A DNA stretch of 64,000 nt from a virus (taxonomy: Duplodnaviria; Heunggongvirae; Uroviricota; Caudoviricetes). Shown piece by piece: positions 46,801-54,797 of this stretch (position 1 is its first letter; every line of letters begins with the position of its first letter). A program made the position numbers and the translations under genes. The stretch spans positions 19,934 to 83,933 of IMG/VR virus record IMGVR_UViG_651324002_000003. The stretch is one strand, 5' to 3'. The notes beneath the pieces are model-generated. The model did not search any database and was not told the origin of the DNA. It saw only the letters and a list, made by a program, of their open reading frames with translations.

Positions 46801-47235
46801 CTACCAATTCATCAAATAGGGCTTATCCGGTGGAATAACTAAGATTTCCAATGTCTTACGGCCCCATTGGATCATTTCTTCTTCTGTTTCTAGGCAAACA
46901 TCAATGATGTTCCCCTTAATCAAATTGCCGGTATCATGACAGAGCATGAATCCTATCCCCGGAACCCACACCCGACTCCCCAGAGGTATCACATCTGGGT
47001 CCACGGCTACCGTTTTATATGGGATCGCCGGTCGGCCGTCATATGCCAGTCCTGTGCCGCTGGTCATGCCGGGCTCAAAGGGCGTATAGGCGGTGGCCGT
47101 TACAGTCATGACATACCCTCGTGTCTCGGCAACCGAATTGTTTTTCATCCCTTCCAGTGCCGGGATTTTGCCAATTGCAATTGCCATCTGCTGCATGGCA
47201 AGCAGCATCATTACGACCATTGTCAGGACTTTCAT
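46801..47235 (-). CDS. secreted 3D-domain protein (MltA/YuiC-like cell-wall-binding/lytic domain)
   Basis: Signal peptide, then a TATAYTPFEPGMTSGTGLAYDGRP...VAVDP..IPLGS...PG 3D-domain pattern. Confidence 0.6.
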   Translation of the reverse strand: MKVLTMVVMMLLAMQQMAIAIGKIPALEGMKNNSVAETRGYVMTVTATAYTPFEPGMTSGTGLAYDGRPAIPYKTVAVDPDVIPLGSRVWVPGIGFMLCHDTGNLIKGNIIDVCLETEEEMIQWGRKTLEILVIPPDKPYLMNW

Positions 47236-47290
47236 CGTCTCATCTCCTTTCCAGTCTCAGCTACTCCATTTTGTCATGATTTTCGGCATA

Positions 47291-48388
47291 TCAATGCATA
47301 CGCACCGGAGTCACGATATACACTCGGGAGTCATCTTCGTCTTGAAGTAAACACGGGACAAGCGGTCCGGTCATTCTGAACGTAATTGTTTCGCTGGTCG
47401 AAGTCTGTAGATAATCCAGCAAATATGTCACATTCACTGCCATCGTTACGGCTTCCCCTGAGAGCTCAATAGGAACTGATTCTTCTAACTGTCCAACATG
47501 AGCATCAGTCGCAGTAATCATTACCGATTCATTTTCAAACTGTAATTTCACAGTGCTATATTCACTGTTCTTGCCAACGATTGCAGCCCGTTTCAGCGCG
47601 TCTAGAAATTCATTGGACTTTACTTTTGCCGTAATCGTAGATGATTCTGGAATGACCCGTCGGAAATTTGGATAGATACCTTCGATGAGCCTTGTCCTTA
47701 CAACCGTATCACCAAAACAAAACTCAATCATTGCAGGACCATAAGTTATCTGAACATCGGAATCACTTTGAACCATACTGGCTACGTCTTTAGCAACAGT
47801 ACCCGGAACAATCACATTCCCAGATTCATCAGGCCCTATTTCCGGAGTTTTTTCTGTTGCAGTAGCCATCCTATGCGTATTGCTGGCCACCGCCACCGTC
47901 TTTTCCCCAAACTCAAAATATACACCGTTAAACACAGGCCTTGCTTCTTTAGATGCACACGCAAACGCTGTATTGTGGACCATGAACTTCAACACTTCGC
48001 CTGGCAGAATAATTGTTTTGCCGCTGGGTATACTACCGGTAATACTATCGGGGTGTTTTTCGCCCACAGAGATTAAATTAATTTTAGAGCGTCCACTTTT
48101 TACCGTTAACATTGTCCCATCCGTTGCCATTTCCACATCGCCCGGGAGTGATTTGCAGATATCTATAAGATTTCTTCCAGACACAACTACCATCCCAGGC
48201 TCTTTCACATCCGCAGAAACGGCATGTTGTATTGTCGTGCAACCATCGCCGGCGAGTAATGTTACCTTGCCGTTTTCGGCATGGATGCTCACACAAGTCA
48301 AAATTGTAAACGCTGATTTCCCTGGTAATGCTTTGGCTACTATCGCCAGGGCATTATTTATGTCAGCCTTAGCCACTGTGATATTCAT
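47291..48388 (-). CDS. dnaN: DNA polymerase III beta sliding clamp
   Basis: 365 aa with typical DnaN N-terminus and domain layout. Confidence 0.85.
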   Translation of the reverse strand: MNITVAKADINNALAIVAKALPGKSAFTILTCVSIHAENGKVTLLAGDGCTTIQHAVSADVKEPGMVVVSGRNLIDICKSLPGDVEMATDGTMLTVKSGRSKINLISVGEKHPDSITGSIPSGKTIILPGEVLKFMVHNTAFACASKEARPVFNGVYFEFGEKTVAVASNTHRMATATEKTPEIGPDESGNVIVPGTVAKDVASMVQSDSDVQITYGPAMIEFCFGDTVVRTRLIEGIYPNFRRVIPESSTITAKVKSNEFLDALKRAAIVGKNSEYSTVKLQFENESVMITATDAHVGQLEESVPIELSGEAVTMAVNVTYLLDYLQTSTSETITFRMTGPLVPCLLQDEDDSRVYIVTPVRMH

Positions 48389-48399
48389 CGTCTAACCCC

Positions 48400-49011
48400 C
48401 TAATTCAACATGTCTTTAATCGCGTTCATCGAAATAGACAACCATTGGTCCCGCTCCTTTGGCAACCACAAAATCTGTTTGTCTCTCTGGGATCTTCTAA
48501 GCAATACCTCCAAAATGCCATTAAACAACTCGTGTCGGCTGTTCCCCTTATATCCATTCCGCACTTCGGGAGGCGCGAATCCGTCAGGAATCGGGCAGTG
48601 GATGATCAAATCATACGGTTGGCTCTCCGCCAATTCGTGATAAAACATGCCAACATGCGCCGGAATCCCGTACCATACCATATAGGCAATCACATCATAC
48701 AGGGACCGGTCCGCAACGAATGATTGGTGTTCCAATTCGAGTTCCTTCATTTCCCAATAAACCAGAGACTGATACGCCATCTTCGTCTCTATGGACTCAT
48801 CCTCCATGTCCTTAATGGTTTTTACTCCCATAACGTTTGCTACTTTTCCCGCCACACCAGTCAACAGGGGATACCCGCATTGCTCAACAAGTTGATTCGC
48901 AAGAAACGACTTGCCGATCCCATGCGCCCCGGCTATCGCAATTCTCATCGTATTCACACCGCAGCACTCCCCAATCTTTGGTCGCGTCCACAAACCTCTA
49001 TTTTGTAGCAC
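48400..49011 (-). CDS. P-loop NTPase (AAA_28-like, possible nucleotide kinase)
   Basis: Walker A IAIAGAHGIGKS. Confidence 0.5.
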   Translation of the reverse strand: MLQNRGLWTRPKIGECCGVNTMRIAIAGAHGIGKSFLANQLVEQCGYPLLTGVAGKVANVMGVKTIKDMEDESIETKMAYQSLVYWEMKELELEHQSFVADRSLYDVIAYMVWYGIPAHVGMFYHELAESQPYDLIIHCPIPDGFAPPEVRNGYKGNSRHELFNGILEVLLRRSQRDKQILWLPKERDQWLSISMNAIKDMLN

Positions 49012-49889
49012 ATTTCGAGGATACGGCTTACAATGCGTTTTCCCGGTATGTCATCCTCAATGTTGCCGCTTTTGTCTCGTACTGCCATCTTCACGATGAG
49101 TTCAGACGGACTATAGTTTGTCGTGATGACGGTTTGTTTTTTGCGCAGCAACCTCGCGTTGATAACCGAAAACATCTGCTCCGCCACCCATGCCGTCATT
49201 CGCTCTGCCCCTAGGTCGTCCATGACAAGCAAATCCGTACTTTTCACGATTTCAAGCAACTCACTGGTATCCTTCTCCCGCCGGATCGTTTCCCGAATAT
49301 CCGCGAAAAGTTCAGGAACGGTAACAAATATGGCTTCATAGCATTGCGCTAATCGCAAATTCAAGATAGCCGCCGCCAAATGCGTTTTACCGGTCCCGGG
49401 CTTGCCGTATAACAGAACACCCCTTCCTCCAACATCATTGGCAACCTTTTGGGCGGCCATAAAAGCCTCGGGGTTATTCTCCCTGCAGAAATTTCCGAAG
49501 GCTTTTTCCTTTAAAAATTCCGGCACCCGCGCTGAAGCCAAAACCTGTTCAGTCCTCTTCGCGTGATTGTACATTGCCCCATATCCGCATACTCGGTACG
49601 CCGGAGATATTTTGCCGCCGTCGTCCATCCGCAGGACGTACTGCATCCCCTTTCCGTCACCAACGGCTTTACACTGACTCAGTCCCTTGCAGTCACGGCA
49701 CATATTTGCACTTTCAAGAGCATCGCTGATCATGACATAGTAATCCGGCACATCTTTCTCCTGAATCGTCAGTCCAGACTCAGCAATGAATTTCCGCATA
49801 TCATCGGTCATACTCGCTGTAATCTCCTGCACATGCATCCCCCTTTCCAATGACCGGTTTATTGTTCTGTTTCCCCGCCTTTTTAACAA
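48954..49889 (-). CDS. DnaC/IstB-like helicase loader ATPase
   Basis: LLYGKPGTGKTHLA Walker A, LLVMDDLG Walker B, TTNY sensor, and an N-terminal CRDCKG Zn motif. Real start probably at the internal MHVQ/MTDD Met. Confidence 0.8.
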   Translation of the reverse strand: MLKRRGNRTINRSLERGMHVQEITASMTDDMRKFIAESGLTIQEKDVPDYYVMISDALESANMCRDCKGLSQCKAVGDGKGMQYVLRMDDGGKISPAYRVCGYGAMYNHAKRTEQVLASARVPEFLKEKAFGNFCRENNPEAFMAAQKVANDVGGRGVLLYGKPGTGKTHLAAAILNLRLAQCYEAIFVTVPELFADIRETIRREKDTSELLEIVKSTDLLVMDDLGAERMTAWVAEQMFSVINARLLRKKQTVITTNYSPSELIVKMAVRDKSGNIEDDIPGKRIVSRILEMCYKIEVCGRDQRLGSAAV

Positions 49890-50580
49890 CAGGGTGATTC
49901 AAATAGCTGTTGAATTTCGTTCCGAATAGGGTTTCAGGCCGCAGGTACTTAGCCTGCTCCGTATCAACCCACTCGTCGTACTTCTTATCAATCACGGTCT
50001 TAAAATCATCAAGGCGAAACCCCTCTTCCCATCTAGCACGGATATGCTTCCGGTTCGAATCAATAACCCGATACTTGGTACCGCATTTCGTGTTGAGGTA
50101 GTCAATGATTTCAGCAAAAGGGACAATATTATTATTTAAATCTTTATTTATTAATAAATCATTATTTATTAGTCGGGGATTTTCCACCGAATGGTTTTTC
50201 CTCTCGGTGGTTTTTCCACCGGGTGGTTTTCCCTCCTTGTGGCTGTTTCTGTCCGGTTTTCGTTCCTCCGGCGGCAATGGAACCTCATAAACTGCTCTTT
50301 CCCACCCCATGAATTTCCCGTCAGGGCCGTGTATGGGGATCTTCTTCATGTAGCCGCACCGGCGAAGTTCTGCAAATCCACTTTTGACTGAATCATATCC
50401 ATCCTTTGAGGCCTTCACCATTTCTTCAAGAACTGGCTGCCAATCATCCGGCTTACTCAATAAATAACTCAGCATCCCCTTTGCCCTGAAAGAAAGATTC
50501 GGGTCTTTAAGTCCTGTCTTGTCCATCATCACATAAGGATTTTCACGCTTTTTAACCCGAATAATCGCCATAATCATCAC
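49801..50580 (-). CDS. phage replication initiator, phg_2220 C-terminal-domain family
   Basis: C-terminal block IIDYLNTKCGTKYR...IRARWEEGFRLDDFKTVIDKKYDEW...YLRPETLFGTKFNSY matches the conserved phage replication C-terminal domain. GTG start. Confidence 0.65.
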   Translation of the reverse strand: MMIMAIIRVKKRENPYVMMDKTGLKDPNLSFRAKGMLSYLLSKPDDWQPVLEEMVKASKDGYDSVKSGFAELRRCGYMKKIPIHGPDGKFMGWERAVYEVPLPPEERKPDRNSHKEGKPPGGKTTERKNHSVENPRLINNDLLINKDLNNNIVPFAEIIDYLNTKCGTKYRVIDSNRKHIRARWEEGFRLDDFKTVIDKKYDEWVDTEQAKYLRPETLFGTKFNSYLNHPVVKKAGKQNNKPVIGKGDACAGDYSEYDR

Positions 50581-51092
50581 TCCTTACGCGCCATAACGGA
50601 AAACTGAGAAAACAATCCTGCCGGTTTTTTATCAGCTTGTTCATTTTGTTGCTCATTCCGTTGTACATTTAGTGGTTCATTCTGCTGTGCAGTCTGTTGT
50701 ACAATTTTAGCCATTTCCGGCTGTGCATCGGTTCGTTGCTCAGGTTGTTGTACGGCTTTATGCTCAATCTGTTGTACGTTTCGTTGTACAGTCTGTTGCT
50801 CGTTACCAGTAAGCGGTATAAACTCATATTCCCCGGCTTTATTTTTTTGTCCTGACTCCCGATACCGGATGCGCCCGGAGTCGATGAGCACATTTCGTGC
50901 CCGATCGAACTCCCGGCGGCTTAACCCGCATAGAGCCTGTAGATTCTGGTTTGGATAACTAAACGATGATAGATACCCTGTATCCCGCCAAATAATCGCC
51001 AGTTCATGCCACAGTGCAATGGCTACGGCCGGCACCGGATAAGCATGTTTCCAGCGGTTAAACAGATCTATCTGGGAGTGGTACATTACCAA
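50577..51092 (-). CDS. DnaD-like replisome organiser N-terminal-domain protein with VQQ-rich repeats
   Basis: N-terminal winged-helix-like region, then a Q-rich repeat region whose DNA carries TGTTGTAC repeats. Confidence 0.5.
   Translation of the reverse strand: MVMYHSQIDLFNRWKHAYPVPAVAIALWHELAIIWRDTGYLSSFSYPNQNLQALCGLSRREFDRARNVLIDSGRIRYRESGQKNKAGEYEFIPLTGNEQQTVQRNVQQIEHKAVQQPEQRTDAQPEMAKIVQQTAQQNEPLNVQRNEQQNEQADKKPAGLFSQFSVMARKE
50636..50800. repeat. five or more copies of TGTTGTAC / CTGCTGTGC-type 8-12-bp repeats spaced 20-40 bp apart within the replisome-organiser gene; candidate origin iterons
   Basis: ccgttgtacattt, gtctgttgtacaatttt, ggttgttgtacggcttt, atctgttgtacgttt and cgttgtacagtctgttgctcg, read directly. 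Confidence 0.45.
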
Positions 51093-52135
51093 TCACCTGC
51101 CGCTAACTCTCCCATCCCGAGTGCGTTTGCAATTGGCGCATTCGGCGCAATGTGGGCCTGTTCATCTGGAAACTGCGGCATCAAGAAAGGGGATAACGGA
51201 TCGGCGCCGCCACCGGTATGATAAATCGCCTCTAGGCGCCACATGTCCGTCCATTCGGACTTAATCTTGGACAAAATAACCGGCACCATTTCCTGATAGA
51301 CTTCGTCGATAATGTGCCCGACATCGATCATCTTGCCGTATGACATTGCTTTCCTGGACTTTGCAATGGGATCTACATGTTCAATCTGGACATCAATATT
51401 AAGTTCCTGCGCCAGTCTGTTTCTGATTTCCCTAAATGGGTGGATCATGCCCCAATCTGAAATGCTGGTTGACTTTGTTTCGTTATAACTGATACCGGGA
51501 TCTATCCATGTCAGGCCAACAGTGTACTGTCCCCAGTCGAGAATCCCAAATCGCTTTCCCTGTAAATCCGTCTTATGCTGGGTGGCAATGTGATAGCCGG
51601 TAGCGTAGTGCTGCGGGAGAATCATACTCTTGGTCACATCAATCACGGATTCAAAAATTTCCGCACCGGTCGGGTGGAGGATTTTAACCTTATGGGTTTT
51701 GCAAATTCCTTCATGGTATTTCTCTCGCATCCCCTTTGAGCGATAATGAAACCCCGGCAAGCCGGCTACTATCTTAGCCGTGTGTTCGCCTTCGCCGGCG
51801 AATTGTGCCAGCATGGCAGCGAACAGGACGATCCCCTCTTCTTCAATAGTGCGGTTCTTATCCGTGGTGTTTTGGGCATCGCTGACATCCACAGCCCCCT
51901 GCCCCAGGACATACCGCTTGCCCTCGTACTCAATTGCCATCCGGTTTATTTGCTTAATAGACATATTAGTATGTTCATCCGGCGGCAATACGGTTATAGG
52001 ACTATCGTTCGCCCCGGCAGCTACCGACTGTTCCCGGAAGGCTCCCACATAGGAGCGCATGATTGCCGGGATACTCCCGAGAGAATACCGTTTTGAGTTT
52101 CCGAACCCGATATCATTCCCCAATGTCAAATTCAT
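51086..52135 (-). CDS. actin-like ATPase (ParM/StbA/Alp family)
   Basis: Phosphate-1 LGNDIGFGNSKR, phosphate-2 ILDWGQYTVGLTW, adenosine motif YHTGGGA. 349 aa. Confidence 0.7.
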   Translation of the reverse strand: MNLTLGNDIGFGNSKRYSLGSIPAIMRSYVGAFREQSVAAGANDSPITVLPPDEHTNMSIKQINRMAIEYEGKRYVLGQGAVDVSDAQNTTDKNRTIEEEGIVLFAAMLAQFAGEGEHTAKIVAGLPGFHYRSKGMREKYHEGICKTHKVKILHPTGAEIFESVIDVTKSMILPQHYATGYHIATQHKTDLQGKRFGILDWGQYTVGLTWIDPGISYNETKSTSISDWGMIHPFREIRNRLAQELNIDVQIEHVDPIAKSRKAMSYGKMIDVGHIIDEVYQEMVPVILSKIKSEWTDMWRLEAIYHTGGGADPLSPFLMPQFPDEQAHIAPNAPIANALGMGELAAGDW

Positions 52136-52158
52136 GCTATTTCCCCTCTCTACTTTAT

Positions 52159-52356
52159 TTAAGCCAGTTTCTCCACTCGGAAGTGCCAGCGGAGCAGTCC
52201 ATTCGCAAAGTGATATTGTTGTACTGCCGGGTGAACCAGTACATTCCCCCGCGCCACTTTTCCTTGGAGTTGGAATTCTTTGAGCTTTGTTTCAGCCTCA
52301 CGTTTGGAGTTAGCGTATACGTGACCGTTTGTGTCGGTGTTTGGCTTTTCGTTCAT
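52159..52356 (-). CDS. small basic protein upstream of the actin-like gene (candidate adaptor)
   Basis: 65-aa ORF, assigned from position only. Confidence 0.3.
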   Translation of the reverse strand: MNEKPNTDTNGHVYANSKREAETKLKEFQLQGKVARGNVLVHPAVQQYHFANGLLRWHFRVEKLA

Positions 52357-52390
52357 TACGTACCTCCTACTAGCACTGCACTTTATCCCG

Positions 52391-52684
52391 TCACGGTTTT
52401 AACTGCAGAACACGTTTCGCCAAAATCAGGGTGAGCAGTTCTTGTGGCAATTGATCCAGTATTTTATTTACTATAATGAATAGTTGTTTTTCATCGCCCG
52501 AAACCGTTCCAGTTCCTTGAATTCCGCTCGTAGCCATTACCACTAGTGCGGTCGTTCCGTCATGGCTAGTGACATATTTTCTGCCATCAATTTCAATGAT
52601 AACCTGCACGGTCTTTTTAGCCTTCGCGATTTCTTCTTTTGTTGCGTCCTTTTCTAATACTCCGGTATATTCCATGATCGTCAT
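52391..52684 (-). CDS. hypothetical protein
   Basis: 97-aa ORF. Confidence 0.35.
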   Translation of the reverse strand: MTIMEYTGVLEKDATKEEIAKAKKTVQVIIEIDGRKYVTSHDGTTALVVMATSGIQGTGTVSGDEKQLFIIVNKILDQLPQELLTLILAKRVLQLKP

Positions 52685-52764
52685 TCCTCCAGTTTTATTT
52701 TTGTAAAATCAAATATGGCAGTCTACAATGGTTATGGTCCACCCGTTTTCGATTGCCGGCAGAA

Positions 52765-53286
52765 TCAGTTTTCATGATACAGCTTTTGAAACTCTGCTTT
52801 AATCGCTTCGGCCAGGCGCGGCATTAGCCCGTCTGCGAAGCAAAGGTCGTCGATACGGTAGGCTGTTTGGTGATGCTCATAGGCGTCTTGGATGTTTGTT
52901 TGACGGACCCAGTCATAAAAATCGTGCTCTGCATCAAGGTCATCACACTCGCGAATGAGGTTGAACTCTTCACGGGCGAATTCTTTGGTGTACCAACCAC
53001 AACGCCGATATTCGCGGATATGTTCCCAGATGGATTTAAGAGTTTTTTCGCCGTTGTATACCTCGCCAGAAGGGCGTACTTTCCCGAGCAGATAATATGG
53101 GTCCCTAGCCAATTCGATGATGAACTCGCGGAAATCCTTACGTCCGTGGTGAGTCCACCGATAAGCAAAGTTCCCAAAATCAGTGACAGCGGCGAAAAAC
53201 CCAGTAGAATCAAGAATGAAAGTCCCCCACCCTGACAGTCCGTCTTCGGGTGGTATGTGATAACGCCACATGGTAATCTCGCTCAT
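52765..53286 (-). CDS. hypothetical protein
   Basis: 173-aa ORF. Confidence 0.4.
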   Translation of the reverse strand: MSEITMWRYHIPPEDGLSGWGTFILDSTGFFAAVTDFGNFAYRWTHHGRKDFREFIIELARDPYYLLGKVRPSGEVYNGEKTLKSIWEHIREYRRCGWYTKEFAREEFNLIRECDDLDAEHDFYDWVRQTNIQDAYEHHQTAYRIDDLCFADGLMPRLAEAIKAEFQKLYHEN

Positions 53287-53519
53287 TCATCCGGCCCTCC
53301 GTTGGCGTCGCGGTAGCATACTTCATTTTGCAGCTTATCATTCGGTGTTTCCCGAATAAAAACTCCCCTAACTCTTGCTTTTGATCGGACAAGCATTTCA
53401 ATAATGTTGTAAGCCTGCCCCGGAACTATCGAATCGACATAAATCATGTTTTCGCCTTCAATCGTGATCTTGAGCATCGTCTCAATCCTCTCTTTATCAA
53501 TAAAACTGCAAACTTTCAT
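53283..53519 (-). CDS. hypothetical protein
   Basis: 78-aa ORF. Confidence 0.3.
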   Translation of the reverse strand: MKVCSFIDKERIETMLKITIEGENMIYVDSIVPGQAYNIIEMLVRSKARVRGVFIRETPNDKLQNEVCYRDANGGPDE

Positions 53520-53889
53520 CGTTTTGCGCGGCGCGTTCCATGCCGTCAGCCAAGTTCAGCGCCTCCTGCTTATCCCGATCATCATCAGGCCACTTGGAAA
53601 TCAGTTCGCGCAAGCGTGGAGCCACTTGTCTGCATTCTTCCAGTGTAAGTTCACCATCGCAATCAGAGTGATCAAGCAGCGGAATAATTGGATCATTGTA
53701 ATCGCTAAACGGCTTATCCCCATTAAATCCTTGCATAGCATCCAGATTCATTCCTATTTCAGCGGCCAACTTGGTTCTGAATCGATTAAAACTTATATAT
53801 CCCCAATGTGCTTGGCAGTGGCTGAAATCTAAACCCATAATGACACATCCTTTCCACTTTTTTTGAGTTCTTGTCCGTCGTCGAAGCAC
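53497..53889 (-). CDS. hypothetical protein
   Basis: 130-aa ORF. Probable internal start MGLDFSHC. Confidence 0.4.
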   Translation of the reverse strand: MLRRRTRTQKKWKGCVIMGLDFSHCQAHWGYISFNRFRTKLAAEIGMNLDAMQGFNGDKPFSDYNDPIIPLLDHSDCDGELTLEECRQVAPRLRELISKWPDDDRDKQEALNLADGMERAAQNDESLQFY

Positions 53890-53891
53890 TT

Positions 53892-54179
53892 TTACTCTTT
53901 GATGATAATGACAGTTGCAACCCCACGGCCCGAAACCGATTTGGGCGCCCTATCGCCACCATCGATGAAAAGCGAGAAAGTGTCATCTATACAAGTGCGA
54001 AAAACCTGCGCGCCGCGTTCCGATTCGAGAAAATTTGATATATCCATCAACGAACTACCGCTGGTCATATAACCCCGTTCTTGCAATTCGTCAATCAGTT
54101 CTTGGTCCTCAAGTTGGTCTACGATTTCGACTGCAGTTACATCAACATCAACTTCGGCAGTCACTACTATTCCTGACAT
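53892..54179 (-). CDS. hypothetical protein
   Basis: 95-aa ORF. Confidence 0.35.
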   Translation of the reverse strand: MSGIVVTAEVDVDVTAVEIVDQLEDQELIDELQERGYMTSGSSLMDISNFLESERGAQVFRTCIDDTFSLFIDGGDRAPKSVSGRGVATVIIIKE

Positions 54180-54568
54180 GATTCAATTACCTCCTTTACT
54201 TCGGCAGTGCTCGGTGGTCTAAAGTCGGCTGCATTCGGCCGATGCACTTTGTGTTCCCGAGGGGGATATACTGCACACTCTAAAGTCATTCGCAACACCG
54301 GATCTCCCCCCATAAGCCAGCGGCTAAACTTGCCGATGGTCACATCATCAATAGCATTAAGACCCACGGCAACCGAACTGATCATTAAAGCTAAACCTAC
54401 TATCACCATAGACAATAGCCACAAAGGGAAAACCAAGAAAATCATTTTAACAACCGCCCAGCATATCCGAAACATGAAGTAAACCCGAGTCTTAATAGGC
54501 TGTTTATTATACTTGTCCCAATTTACCCAGCGAAACGCTCTTTTTAGCACGATCGCCACCCCCTTCAA
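54167..54568 (-). CDS. membrane protein
   Basis: Two hydrophobic helices (VVKMIFLVFPLWLLSMVIVGLALMISSVAVGL). Confidence 0.35.
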   Translation of the reverse strand: MKGVAIVLKRAFRWVNWDKYNKQPIKTRVYFMFRICWAVVKMIFLVFPLWLLSMVIVGLALMISSVAVGLNAIDDVTIGKFSRWLMGGDPVLRMTLECAVYPPREHKVHRPNAADFRPPSTAEVKEVIESCQE

Positions 54569-54785
54569 AACACTCTAGAATTTTATCTTCACTGACATCA
54601 GGAGCGTAGGATTCTGAGAATAATTCATCTAGGTACATATGCGCAGCAACAGCCAAAGAATGTTCCGGAGTAGTCATGTGACATTTCTCGCCGTTGCGCT
54701 CCTTATTTCTCAACTCAGAATGTTTGACCAACATATCATACAATCGATCGCTGACATAGACAGTGAGCATTGGCATAGAAACCAC
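54507..54785 (-). CDS. hypothetical protein
   Basis: 92-aa ORF. Confidence 0.35.
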   Translation of the reverse strand: MVSMPMLTVYVSDRLYDMLVKHSELRNKERNGEKCHMTTPEHSLAVAAHMYLDELFSESYAPDVSEDKILECFEGGGDRAKKSVSLGKLGQV

Positions 54786-54797
54786 CTATCCTTTCAG

